Shown: positions 51,743-63,780, numbered from the stretch's first letter. The stretch is DNA of 64,000 bases from Octopus sinensis (GCF_006345805.1 NC_043000.1:16926001-16990000); one strand, 5' to 3'. A program made the numbers and translations. Notes: a model not told the origin generated them from the letters alone.

Positions 51743-51757
51743 GTTACCGATGGCAAC
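51743..51757. promoter_or_regulatory. RFX X-box consensus match
   Basis: GTTACC-GAT-GGCAAC fits GTNRCC(N0-3)RGYAAC. Confidence 0.25.
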
Positions 51758-53088
51758 AAAACTGGCAACACCAATCAAAGATTCTGTGCTATGATGAAAA
51801 GTAATACCTTAGAAAAGTCTACAAGGTTTTTTGAGTGCAGCCCTTGTGCCTCTTTCAGATATCCTAGCCAGCCTTTCCACTAACTCAGGGAGACCCAGAG
51901 AAGGGAAGCCCCTTGCTAAGGTGCAATGATCACCCAAGTTGACAAACCAGTCGTGGTTTTATTTTTTTTTTCCATGTTGTAGATACGAGAGATGAGGACA
52001 GTAAATGAAACAGCATTGTTTTATATTGTATGGTATCATCATCATTTAACATCTACTTTCCATGTTCACACAGGTTGGATGGCTTGACAGGAGCTGGCAA
52101 GGCCAAGAATCGCACTAGGTTCCATAGTCTGTTTTGGATTGGTTTCTGCAGCTGGATGCCCTTCCTAATGCCAACTACTATACAAAATGCACCGGATCGT
52201 TTTTACGTGACACCATCACCAGTGATCTTCAAGGTATCATCATCATCATCATCATCATCATTTAGCATCCGCTTTCCATGCTAGCATGGGTTGGACGGTT
52301 CAAATTGTGAATTACATATTCAATAGAAATATATAGTTTATATACCAAAGTCTTAGATAGGACTCTAGTATGTGAAATATAAACTGAGTTTAGGTAACAG
52401 CAATGTTTAGAAAAATTTCAAATCTGCAGGGCAGATATTATGCAACCAACACAGGTAAAACTGCACACAAACTGCATATACGCTGTATCAATGCTGCATT
52501 AGCCATCAATCAAGTTTTAGAAATCTAATGCCAACATCAACCTCGTTTATATGGGAGAGCATGAGAAAGCTATAGGCATTACTCTTCTTCCTTAAACTAA
52601 AATGGTTTTAAAAGCTGACCTATAGTCATACACATACACAGTGTGTTTGTTCAACAGACACCCATATAGTAGTCTGTCCAGTAGATAATACCAATAAACT
52701 AGTCAGCAATAAACTGTCCTACCAACACCTGTGTGAATCTAATTAAAAAAAAATTATTATTGAACAGGTGCTCCTCCTACTCAGTCTCCTGAATTAATCT
52801 ATAATCAAAGAGCGTATATAGCTGAACAAAGAGCATTACGTAAGGCAATACTGCTGTATGCAGATGTATATATATATATATATCGTTACCATAGTTACAG
52901 ATACCCTGTTGCTTAAGACAATGATGAATCACTGCTACAATGTCTGGCTGACTGTGAAGGAGGACTGAAACAGTTCAAATCTTATTATCTTCCTTACCAG
53001 ATCAGATGAGAGGGGAAGGAGGAGACAGAGTAGTAACTAGTTACAAGTAGTATAACCTTTCTCTCTATCTATGTATGTATATATAACA

Positions 53089-53117
<29 letters not shown>

Positions 53118-53122
<5 letters not shown>

Positions 53123-53515
53123 CGCAGGAGTGGCTGTGTGGTAAGTAGCTTGCTAACCGACCACATGGTTCCGGGTTCAGTCCCACTGCGTGGCATCTCG
53201 GGCAAGTGTCTTCTGCTATAGCCCCGGGCCGACCAATGCCTTGTGAGTGGATTTGGTAGGCGGAAACTGAAAGAAGCCTGTCGTATATATGTATGTGTGT
53301 GTGTGTGTTTGTGTGTCTGTTCCCCTAGCATTGCTTGACAACCGATGCTGGTGTGTTTACGTCCCCGTCACTTAGCGGTTCGGCAAAAAGAGACCGATAG
53401 AATAAGTACTGGGCTTACAAAAAGAATAAGTCCCGGGGTCGAGTTGCTCGACTAAAGGCGGTGCTCCAGCATGGCCGCAGTCAAATGACTGAAACAAGTA
53501 AAAGAGTAAAAAGAG
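53118..53515 (+). mobile_element. SINE family B, young, inserted in a (TA)n tract
   Basis: Full head-to-tail copy flanked by TA repeats. Confidence 0.92.
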
Positions 53516-53529
53516 TATATATATATATA

Positions 53530-53922
53530 TATATATATAAAGCTGAAGTTGTCTGTGTATGGCAGGTTTGGTAGCCTTCAACTAACACTATCTCCTCCGA
53601 GACCCTGCGGCGCAAGTTGACCAAAATTGAGAGTATGATAGAAGAAGGCTTGCTCTTCCTTCCGTAGAAGAAAAAATTCAAATCGGACTATGTTAATACC
53701 AAAAATTATTTACATCAAAATGGTGCTTTCATTCTATGAAAATCCCTATTTTTTTACGATTTTTTTTATTGCTGTGTCGCCATTTTTCGGTGTATTTCAA
53801 CCAGAAAAATGTTCACTTAAAGAGCTACATAACAAGCTACATAATGCAAAATTTTTACTTTTCAAAAAATACAATTCTAAAGGGTCGAAAAGAACCCGAG
53901 CAACGTCGGGCGATACTGCTAG
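53530..53922 (+). mobile_element. Non-autonomous Helitron (5' end obscured by TA tract and SINE B)
   Basis: tataaagctgaagttgtctgtg start; 3' end cccgagcaacgtcgggcgatactgCTAG|T nearly identical to 33214-33241. Confidence 0.75.
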
Positions 53923-54141
53923 TATATATATATTTATTTAATTATTATAAAGGGTTTTTTGCAACAAGTTGCTTAAACCACACACCGAAAATATTAGAAA
54001 TAGCAGTCAAAGGGCTACTATTACTATTGCTACAAAAATAAGTACGCAAACAACAGTATTTGTAACTCATATAAAATTTATTGATTTTATTAAATTAATT
54101 ATATTTCACCCTTTATCTATCTATCTATATATATATATATG

Positions 54142-54369
54142 TTTCTTTATTACCCACAAGGGGCTAAACACAGAGGGGACAAACAAGGACAGACAAAGGG
54201 ATTAAGTCGATTACATCGACCCCAGTGCGTAACTGGTACTTAATTTATCGATCCCGAAAGGATGAAAGGCAAAGTCGACCTCGGCGGAATTTGAACTCAG
54301 AACGTAACGACAGACGAAATACGGCTACGCATTTCGCCCGGCGTGCTAACGTTTCTGCCAGCTCGCCGC

Positions 54370-54370
<1 letters not shown>
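54142..54370 (-). mobile_element. SINE family A
   Basis: Full-length reverse copy between TA tracts. Confidence 0.9.
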
Positions 54371-54371
<1 letters not shown>

Positions 54372-54439
<68 letters not shown>

Positions 54440-54451
54440 TGTATATATATG

Positions 54452-54484
<33 letters not shown>

Positions 54485-54531
54485 GTATATATATATGTAT
54501 ATATATATGTATATATATGTATATATATATG

Positions 54532-54572
<41 letters not shown>
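54372..54572. repeat. (TA)n with periodic G interruptions
   Basis: Roughly 10-bp gtatatatat higher-order period. Confidence 0.95.
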
Positions 54573-54576
<4 letters not shown>

Positions 54577-55595
54577 CGTACACAAACAGCATATTAATGC
54601 ATACATATACATTAGCTGAACTGTTAAGATGGGGATTAATAAATGATAGGTTAAGAACATCATCTCATTTACTACACAGGATGTCCTATAGAATGAAGTG
54701 AGTAAGAGAGGAATTGCTGGATGAACAGACCCTACTTGAAATAGGTTTGGTGATCACACACTTTTCGTTATAACTCTTCCATTTCCTTAACACCCACATT
54801 CTTTAGTCCTAGATATATATATTGAATTTAATGATCAGAAATGAATAGAATCAATATGTGCACGTGCACACACACACACACACACACACAACAGTAGATG
54901 CTAAGCTCAATTTGAAATTTAGACCTTGCTAATCTACCTAAATGGTCCTTAATCCGTTTGCAATAAACTGTAAATATATGGTTCCTGAAAGGCTACCAGT
55001 TCAACAGCTCCCAAACCCCCGTTACACACACATACACACACAAACATTCAACAGTTCCATGAAGAACAAAAGGCTATAGATAGATGAGAAACAAATCAAT
55101 GATTAGTCAGGCACTAACCTACTTGAAAATAATCAATACATCACAACAACAACAACTACTACTATAATAACAAGTACTGCAACAATAAAAGCAGCATTGA
55201 CAGACAGCACCGGTGCCCCCACAAACAATAACAACGGCTATTACAACATTAGTTATTACCACCCAGACTAAATGATTTCTGTCAAGATTCACAAGAACAA
55301 CAAGTAGTATTTCATAACCTTAATCTAATTGCAGATATTTCCAGTTCACATTAAAAGGTTCCTTTTCTTGCTTTTTCTTCGTACTTTTACAAATGGTTTT
55401 TGGGAAGAGGAAAGAAGAATGTCACTATGTGGTCTTCCTCTGTAGCTCTTCCCCACAACAAATTCATGTATATAGCACAGAAATATTAGAAGTACTAAAC
55501 ACGCATGGTAAATCACCAATCACAAAGTCTTCTTTCACTCTCATTCAACATTACACCTCCCTACTTACTACAAATCCTTTACCTTCACTATCATT

Positions 55596-55775
55596 ATCAT
55601 CATCATTTAACGTCCGTTTTTCCATGCTGGCATGGGTTGGACAGTTCGACTGGGGTCTGGGAAGCCAGGAGGCTGCACCAGGCTCCAGTCTGATTTGGCC
55701 GTGTTTCTACAGCTGGATGCCCTTCCTAATGCTAATCACTCCATGAATGTAGTGGGTGCTTTTTACATGCCAACA
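55596..55775 (-). mobile_element. Family C retroposon, short
   Basis: (CAT)n then C body; one repeat unit. Confidence 0.8.
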
Positions 55776-55786
55776 GGGGATATATA

Positions 55787-55826
<40 letters not shown>

Positions 55827-55828
<2 letters not shown>

Positions 55829-56639
55829 GGGTGTGAAAGTAAAATGTTGCATTTTATATTTTTAATTTCGCACATGTGCATTGTTTGTTTTTGATTTTGT
55901 CAACTATGCAGTATAGTAGGGTCAGTTGGGTACCATCTATGAGAAAAACAGCACCATGATGCAATTCACTCTGCCAGAAATTTGAAAATGACATGTTGTA
56001 CTGCTTGACATTCGTGCTGGAAGCTCCAATATGAACAGATAGTGAACACACAGAACAACTGTTGGCTTGCCATGTCCTCAAAACACGTACCAAGAGTGAT
56101 AAAAATCCAAATTCTATTAACATCATGGTGTTTGGAGTGGTCACTAGCGATGGCAATATTATATCTCCATTTATCTACCCACACGGCCTCAGACTCAACA
56201 CGGAGGCCTACATCAAGTGCTTGGAGGAGGTAATGCTGCCCTGAGTCAAGTGGATGGCTGCTGGAAGACCCTTTTATCTGGCAACAAGACTCTGCACCGT
56301 CTGTAATCACATCACCCCTAACATCTGGCCATCGAACTCCCCAGACTGCAACCCCCTTGATTATTATATGTGCGGCACAGTTGAGCGAAAGACCAACAAA
56401 ACTCCTTGTAACACCAAAGATGAACTGATGGCAAGGATTATGGCAGCATTCACCAACTTAAACAAAGAGACCATCCAGAAGAGTTGCAGGAGATAACGAA
56501 GTTGTCTGGAGGTCGTGGTTGAAGCCAATGGCGATTTTATTGAATAAATTTACTCTTTACTCTTTCAAGATATTTTAATGTAATTTTGGTAAATATAGCT
56601 GTTAAAATGAGATATCAGTGTTATTTTCATTGCACCCTG
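55827..56639 (+). mobile_element. Internally deleted Tc1/mariner transposon (probably DD37D-like) with transposase pseudogene
   Basis: TA|CAGGGTG ... CACCCTG|TA; fragments IMVFGVVTSDG, WQQDSAP and WPSNSPDCNPLDYY with stops and deletions. Confidence 0.88.
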
Positions 56640-56664
56640 TATATATATGTATATATAGGGTAAA

Positions 56665-57052
56665 GGTGGAGGCGCAATGGCCCAGTGGTTAGGGCAGCGG
56701 ACTCGCAGTCGTAGGATCGCGGTTTCGATTCCCAGACCGGGCGTTGTGAGTGTTTATTGAGCGAAAACACCTAAAGCTCCACGAGGCTCCGGCAGGGGAT
56801 GGTGGTGATCCCTGCTGTACTCTTTTACCACAACTTTCTCTCACTCTTTCTTCCTGTTTCTGTTGTACCTGTATTTCAAAGGGCCGGCCTTGTCACTCAC
56901 TGTGTCACGCTGAATATCCCCAAGAACTACGTTAAGGGTACACGTGTCTGTGGAGTGCTCAGCCACTTACACGTTAATTTCAGGAGCAGGCTGTTCCATT
57001 GATTCGGATCAACCGGAACCCTCATCGTCGTAACCGACGGAGTGCTTCCATC
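56665..57052 (+). mobile_element. SINE family D
   Basis: Colinear with 4917-5302. Confidence 0.9.
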
Positions 57053-57057
57053 CTTAT

Positions 57058-57372
57058 AGGGTAAAGACCCCCTTCAATCATGAATGACCAAGGGATTGCA
57101 CCTAGAAAGTTTCCCTCCAAGGAACAAGTCCAGGCAAGGCTGTTTATGGAAGACCAGCAGCTGTCCATGCATATCAGCCTCCCACTCTCCATGCCACCAA
57201 TGTTATCCAAGGGAAAGGCAAAGGATAACACACGGCACCAGCTTGGCACCAGTGATGTCGCAACTCATTTCTACAGCTGAGTGAACTGGAGCAACATGAA
57301 ATAAAGTCTCTTGCTCAAGAACTCAACCCACAGCCTGGTCAGGGAATTGAACTCATAACCTCATGATTCTAA
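57058..57372 (-). mobile_element. SINE family E, older, tail-to-tail with D
   Basis: Reverse similarity to 51100-51400. Confidence 0.75.
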
Positions 57373-57417
57373 GTCTGATTCTGTATGATGTGACATAATG
57401 TGTGTGCGTGTGTATAT

Positions 57418-57802
57418 TCTTTTATTTGTTTCAGTCATCTGACTGCAGCCATGCTGGAGCAATGCCTTTAGTCAAGCAAATCGAGTCCAGGACTTATTCT
57501 TTGTAAGCCTAGTACTCATTCTATCGGTCTCTCTTGCCAAACAGCTAAGTGACAGGGACATAAACACACCAGCATTGGTTGTCAAGTGATGTTGGAGGGG
57601 ACAAACACACACACACACACAAACATACACACACACACACACACGACCGGCTTCTTTCAGTTTCCATCTACTAAATCCACTCACAAGGTTTTGGTCGGCC
57701 TGAGGCTATAGTAGAAGACACTTGCCCAAGGTGCCACGCAGTGGGACTGAACCCGGAACCATGTGGTTGGTAAACAAGCTACTTACCACACAGCCACTCC
57801 TA
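57418..57802 (-). mobile_element. SINE family B next to hAT MITE H end (57803-57858)
   Basis: B head abuts sequence ending gttgagaaccactg. Confidence 0.85.
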
Positions 57803-57947
57803 AAATCTTATATGCAGCCCCTCCCCAAAGGTCATATGAACCCTAGTTGAGAACCACTGTCCTAAGTTCTTTCTCTACCATTCACTGTCATATTCCACAC
57901 CAGTCACTATACATCCTCTATCTTCAAAGTCGCTTTACAGCATTAAA

Positions 57948-58459
57948 CCTTCAGCACATTCAGATCACTTTGTCAAATGTAATGCTTATTTATTCACAGT
58001 GTGCCGGTGGCACGTAAAAAGCACCATCCGTTTGTGTCTGTTGCCAGCCTCGCCTGGCACCCGTGCCGGTGGCACGTAAAAGCACCATCCGTCTGGCACC
58101 TGTGCGGGTGGCACGTAAAAAGCACCCACTACACTCATGGAGTGGTTGACGTTAGGAAGGGCATTCAGCTGTAGAAACACTGCCAGATCAGACTGGGCCT
58201 GGTGCAGCCTCCATGGCTTCCCAGACCCCAGTTGAACCGTCCAACCCGTGCTAGCATGGAAAGCGGACGCTAAATGATGATGATGATGATTGTTTTGAAT
58301 TAATCATGCATTATCTTGGAACTTTGAGATTTGGATGTTGTGATTGTTTATTGTTAGAATAACATTGCAAGGTAAGTGTTAGAGGCTGGATCTGGCTGGT
58401 TCAAACATATATGAAGTATAATATATGGACCTGAGATGGCCAGTTTAAATGCTAAACGG
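57948..58459 (+). mobile_element. MITE family F split by family C (58000-58290, +)
   Basis: ...ttattcaca|C element|tgttttgaattaatc... restores the F sequence. Confidence 0.82.
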
Positions 58460-58597
58460 TTAAGTTACATGAGCAGGTGCCTCTATATGGTCACTTAATC
58501 TGGTAGAAATAGCCACCATTACAATAGAATACTATCTTAAAAAAAACCCAAAAACAAGTCTCCTTGAATACAGCCTAGTATACATTTTGTCTAAAGC

Positions 58598-59210
58598 TGG
58601 TTCTCAACCAAGGTCCATATAATATTTTGTTGTTAAAATTTATTTGCAATACATTTGTTATACTTTTACAATTCACAAAATATTTTAATAATTATTTCTA
58701 TTCTATAATTATTTCATAGGCATAGGAGTGGCTGTGTGGTAAGTAGCTTGCTTACGAACTACATGATTCTGGGTTCAGTCCCACTGCGTGGCACTTTGGG
58801 CAAGTGTCTTCTAATATAGCCTCAGGCTGACCAAAGCCTTGTGAGACGGAAACTGAAAGAAGCCTGTTGTATATATGTATATGTATGTGTCTGTGTGTAT
58901 ATGTTTGTGTGTCTGTTTGTCCCCCCCAAAATCACTTGACAACCAATGCCTGTGTGTTTACATCCCTGTAACTTAGTTCGGCAAAAGAGACCGATAAAAT
59001 AAGTACTAGGCTTACAAAGAATAAGTCCCGGGGTCGATTTGCTCGACTAAAGACGGTGCTCCAGCATGGCCAGTCAAATGACTGAAACAAGTAAAGAAAA
59101 GAATACGATTTCTAATAATATTTAATTATAAGAATATAATATGATTTTTAATACATGGAATAGACAGGATGGTACATCCATGTAAAATATGAATCAAAGT
59201 GGGGTCTAAA
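58598..59210 (+). mobile_element. hAT MITE H split by SINE B (58716-59103, +)
   Basis: ctggttctcaacc start; body resumes with atttctaataatatttaattataag as in 25210-25240. Confidence 0.75.
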
Positions 59211-60193
59211 TGACGGAGATGCTTTTAATCAAATGTTTACTGAATCAGGATTTACCTGCTGTTAATAATACCATACAGTTCCATTATTCACTACAGGTCC
59301 TCTACCTGAGCTGTCATATATCAGTCATAGAAACAGGCAATCTAAGTCGCACACACACACATCTAGGCAGCCACCAGACACGTGATGCGACAGTGGAATA
59401 AGCTTACTGGTCTGCCAAAGTAGAGGCCGGGTGGCTTTCCGAGAAACACAAAACAGATGTCAGTGATTCATCTGCTGTGTTCCAGAGAGCGTGTCATCAC
59501 CCGGAGGAGGAATTCCTGCAAGGATATCCTTAATATAATCAAAAGAGGATTTCTGGGCAGGAAGTGAGTAAAATGGTGGGTAGTTGACATTTGAAAGGGG
59601 AGCTGATTTAGAAGATGATAGTGGTGGGGGTGGATGGTGGGGTTTGGGGTAATACCAAGGGTGCTAATGGGGATGATGTTTGGTTGTCTGAGGGAGAGAG
59701 AGAGAGGGGGGGGGGAGAAAAGATAAATGTGGGAGATGTCAATCTAGTAACTGAGATGGGTGTTGAACCTAATAAATACTAAATGAAGTATGATATTTGA
59801 AAGAAGAGATGACCAAGCCAGATTATGTATAACACACCCCATTATGCAGCATTACAGCACATTACCCCACATCATATGCCACAACACACACATGTCAGTA
59901 ACAATGTTATAGAATGATTTAAAGGTGTAAATTAGAAATGAGGGAGCATTTAATTAAATGAGCAATTAACATGAGAACTTTGTCATATAACACACACACA
60001 CACAGGGGTACACATAAACATACTGAAAACCACAAATAAGCATATACACACAAACACACATGTACCAGCAACCGCTCTCTCACACATTCATAGGCATCCC
60101 TAAATAAAGAATCTAATGTATAAACACGTGTATACTGACACAGCTAATTAAGCATAAAATCCATTTTCATGAAAGAGGAGAATGTATATAGTT

Positions 60194-60686
60194 GAAACGA
60201 AAGCCTCAACTCTATCATCCAATTAATCAATGGTTTCAAATTTTGGCACAAGGCCAGCAATTTTAGGGGAGGGGTTAGTTACTTATATTGACCCCAGTGT
60301 TTGACTGGTACTTATAAAAAATGGTTCAGAGAAACTAAATGAACAATCAACATTATCGACTTTTATTGTATGTTTGTGTGTGTGTGTTTGTGTGTATAAA
60401 TATATATACTGTTTATGTGCAAATGTGTGCCTCGCTATAAATATATATTCTTTATTTGAAACGAAAGCTTCGACTCTATCATCTAATTAATTAATTAATG
60501 GCTTCAAATTTCGGCACAAGGCCAGCAATTTTAGGGGAGGGGTTAAACAATTACATTGACCCCAATGTTCGACTGGTACTTAATAATAATTTCATCAATT
60601 CTGAAGAAACCAAAGCTTTAAAATGGCTCAGAGAAACTAAATGAACAATCAACATTATTGACTTTTATTGCATATTTGTGTGTGTA

Positions 60687-60728
<42 letters not shown>

Positions 60729-61155
60729 TACTGTTTATGTGCAAGTGTGTGTGTGTGTGTATGTGTGTGTATATATATATATAAATGCCGGTGGCACGTA
60801 AAAAGCACCATCCGTTCGTGTCCGTTGCCAGCCTTGCCTGGCCCCCGTGCTGGTGGCACATAAAAAGCACCATCCGTTCGTGGCCATTTGCCAACTCTGT
60901 CTGGCCCCTGTGCAGGTGGCATGTAAAAAGCAACCACTACACTCACGGAGTGGTTGGCGTTAGGAAGGGCATCCAGCCGTAGAAACACTGCCAGATCTGA
61001 CTAGGCCTGATGAAGCCTTCCGGCTTCACAGACCCCAGTTGAACCGTCCAACCCATGCTAGCATGGAAAACGGATGCTAAACGATGATGATGATGATATA
61101 GACTGTTTATGTGCAAATGTGTGCTTCTCTATTTATAAATATATATTCTTTATTA
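60194..61155. repeat. Diverged tandem duplication (about 264-bp unit x2), second unit interrupted by family C (60786-61097, +)
   Basis: gaaacgaaagc...ctctatcatc starts at 60194 and 60458; both units end in tataaatatatattctttatt. Confidence 0.85.
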
Positions 61156-61326
61156 TTTGGTGACTAGTTAACAGGGTTATTTCTGTTTCAGTTCCGGCTG
61201 GGCTTCTTTCAGAACTGGTAGTCAGAATACATAAACACATGCACTAGCATCAGTTGAGTTTTTCCAACAACTTTACAGTTGGTGTTGTTGATAAAACATA
61301 GATGTTTTCTTGTTTTCTTTTCGCAG

Positions 61327-61386
61327 TTATTACCCACAGGAATATCTGCATCCACTTCAGCATGGTACAGCACTAAAACACACATG
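61327..61386 (+). other. Candidate 60-nt exon on the plus strand
   Basis: ttgttttctttttcgcag| acceptor, ATG|GTATGT donor; open in two frames (YYPQEYLHPLQHGTALKHT or LLPTGISASTSAWYSTKTHM). Confidence 0.3.
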
Positions 61387-61694
61387 GTATGTGGTAGACG
61401 CATATCAAAGTGTTGTTACGATGGCTGCTGATAAATAAACTGGCGCCAACTTAAGTGGCTGGGCGAGAACAGCCCAGAGCAGGTGAATTCACTCACAACA
61501 GCCAACAGCCCAAGTGTGTGGTCTGTAGCAGATATACATCAACTATGAACTACCTTTTGAGCACTTTTTTGGTATTTTCCTTTTTGTGGTGCTTCTCTTA
61601 TTTGAAAAACTTTCAGACTTTGGTTTATGGAATCTTAACTAGAAGATTATCATCCAACCACCCCAACACACACTTATATATATATATATATATA

Positions 61695-61888
61695 TCAGAC
61701 GCCATGATAGATCGTTAGCCACTACACACATTTTTTTTTCTCTCCTTGTTTCTTCTGTGTCCCTTTCTGTAGAGGAGCGTAGGCTCGAAATGTAAAAGAC
61801 ATTTTCTATTCCTGAGCATTATACTAATACATCTGTTTGTTTTGTACACCACCTGTCTTTGTCTTGTTTTTTTTTTGTAAACTCTCCA
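61695..61888 (+). mobile_element. Penelope-like terminal repeat fragment with decayed minimal hammerhead (61763-61798)
   Basis: cttt CTGTAGA g GAGC gtag GCTC GAAA tgTA aaag; flanked by (TA)n on both sides. Confidence 0.55.
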
Positions 61889-62559
61889 TATATATATATA
61901 TAACTGTAGTTAGCTCCAGAAGGTAGAAACATTTCATGCCAAAATATGAATACAATATAGCAAGGCAGAGGTGTTGATTGCTTTAATTTAACTGTGTGTG
62001 TGAGTGTGCGTGTACACATGTATCATATCTACATTCTATTCACACAGACAATATGAAGACATCCTACACACACACACACACACACACACGTACACATAAT
62101 TGTTCCATTTGATTGGGCAATGACACAATGATTCATTTGTTTGACCAGTAACAGAACTGAACCCACAACCTTTTGTTTCAAGTAAAGAAAGTACAGTAGA
62201 GTTTTAGAAATAAACAACTGATTGCAAAGATTCTTGATATCATGGAGTCACAAAAGGAAGAACTGCTGAGGGGAAGTGGTGACATTAATATATTTCCTAT
62301 GGCAGGAAAGGCAAACAAATAAAGCATAAGAATTAAGTGGATTGGGGGTAGAGAAACGGGAGGTGGAATATTATTCTGGACCATTTTCTATTAGAGTTTA
62401 GAAGCAGAGAATTGAGAATAACATCTCTTTCTCCTCCCTATTCTCTGTCTCTCTGTGTCCAGCCTTCCTTATCCCTGATATCTGTCTAAATCTCTGATAG
62501 GCCTAACACTCTCATTTAACAGAATTACCTGGTGCTTGGGAATCATTAGCAAAGTTTAC

Positions 62560-62761
62560 TTGTTTAGCATTTAAGCCAGCCATATATAGTTTTCAATATT
62601 ACACCTGTTTTATGTTCAAGCCATTCAGATCTGTCATCTCACACTATGTCAGTTCAAAAATAACAATTATGTCAATGAAATCTCAAAGCTATAGGCAAAT
62701 GCACTATTAACTGAAAACAATGTGAATAAATAAGCTTTACATTTGACAGAGTGCTAATGGG
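62560..62761 (-). mobile_element. Old MITE family F copy
   Basis: Reverse similarity to F; right end ggg|ttaa at 62759-62765. Confidence 0.7.
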
Positions 62762-63314
62762 TTAATCTGCTGTAAGCAGTCAGACCAGGCATTCTAATTC
62801 ACCTCCACTGTTCATTATAAGCAGATGCTTATTCCAGCAGATGTTAAAGCTAGACCTTGACTAAATCAGTTTACTAGACAAGGGGAACTTTCAAAAGATC
62901 ATTGGAACTTCTTATCACATGCTTAACTTAAAATGTCTGCTAATCTTGTTTTTCTGTCTACTCAACAATTGGTTCATTCATTGCATTATTTGACTCTTCT
63001 TTGCTGGGAAACCCTAATATCTATCTGCCCTTTTGTCCATTCTTACTATTTGCCTATCAGTTCCCTTATTTGTTTACCCATTTCTCTAAACCTCTGTCAA
63101 CTAAATCCTTCATTTGTTTGGATCTTTGTCCATACTTTCTGCTTGCCATCTATGTTTAATTATCTCTCTATACCTGTCCACTTGTCAATCTGTCTGTCTG
63201 CCCCAACACCACCCCACCTGTCTGTCCATCTGTCCTGAACATCACTCCACCTGTCCCTTCACTCCTCACACCACAATACCATACTTGCACCACAAAGAAC
63301 AGATATTACAGTAC

Positions 63315-63431
63315 CTCAAATTTTGGACTTCCTGGTGGATGAAGTCGACGGTCAGTCTTGATAACGTAGTGAGCTGATGCTGGAGTAAGGATAGCCGTCA
63401 TTCTCTGCCTGTACTTAGAATCCTGTGCTGC
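63315..63431 (-). CDS. Candidate coding exon (117 nt, phase 0 to 0), product unidentified
   Basis: Acceptor acatctcttcag|, donor GAG|GTACTG; open frame AAQDSKYRQRMTAILTPASAHYVIKTDRRLHPPGSPKFE; ATG at 63401-63399 may be a start; CpG-retaining. Confidence 0.4.
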
Positions 63432-63523
63432 CTGAAGAGATGTGGCGAGAGTGACCAGAAGAATGTCCTCTCTCTCTTTGTCTCTCCCTCTCTATCTTTT
63501 TTTTTTGCTGTCTTTGAGTAGTG

Positions 63524-63535
63524 ACCAATGACGTC
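63524..63535. promoter_or_regulatory. Overlapping CCAAT and full CRE palindrome TGACGTCA
   Basis: CCAAT 63524-28, TGACGTCA 63528-35, about 100 bp upstream of the candidate minus-strand exon. Confidence 0.35.
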
Positions 63536-63734
63536 AACACACACAAGTGCCAGTGGTGTGACTATTTTAAAATGTTATCGTAAATACCAACTTCATTTCA
63601 GAACTTTCGCTCTTGTCTCAAGCACCAAAATTCCTGCTGCTAGCTGTCAGCCTCTTTTCTTCCTCAAATCCCACAATGACACCCTCCTGCTCATGTGCAG
63701 CTCTCAAACTAAATGGGCTACCTTAGTTAAAACG

Positions 63735-63780
<46 letters not shown>

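Noticed and set aside
59416-59530. Minus-strand exon candidate ending CCA|GTAAGC
   Set aside because: Stops in all three frames from the best acceptor.
60995-61030. CTGATGA followed by an AAGCC/GGCTT hairpin in some family C copies
   Set aside because: No GAAA after the hairpin, and other copies read ctggtgca at the core.
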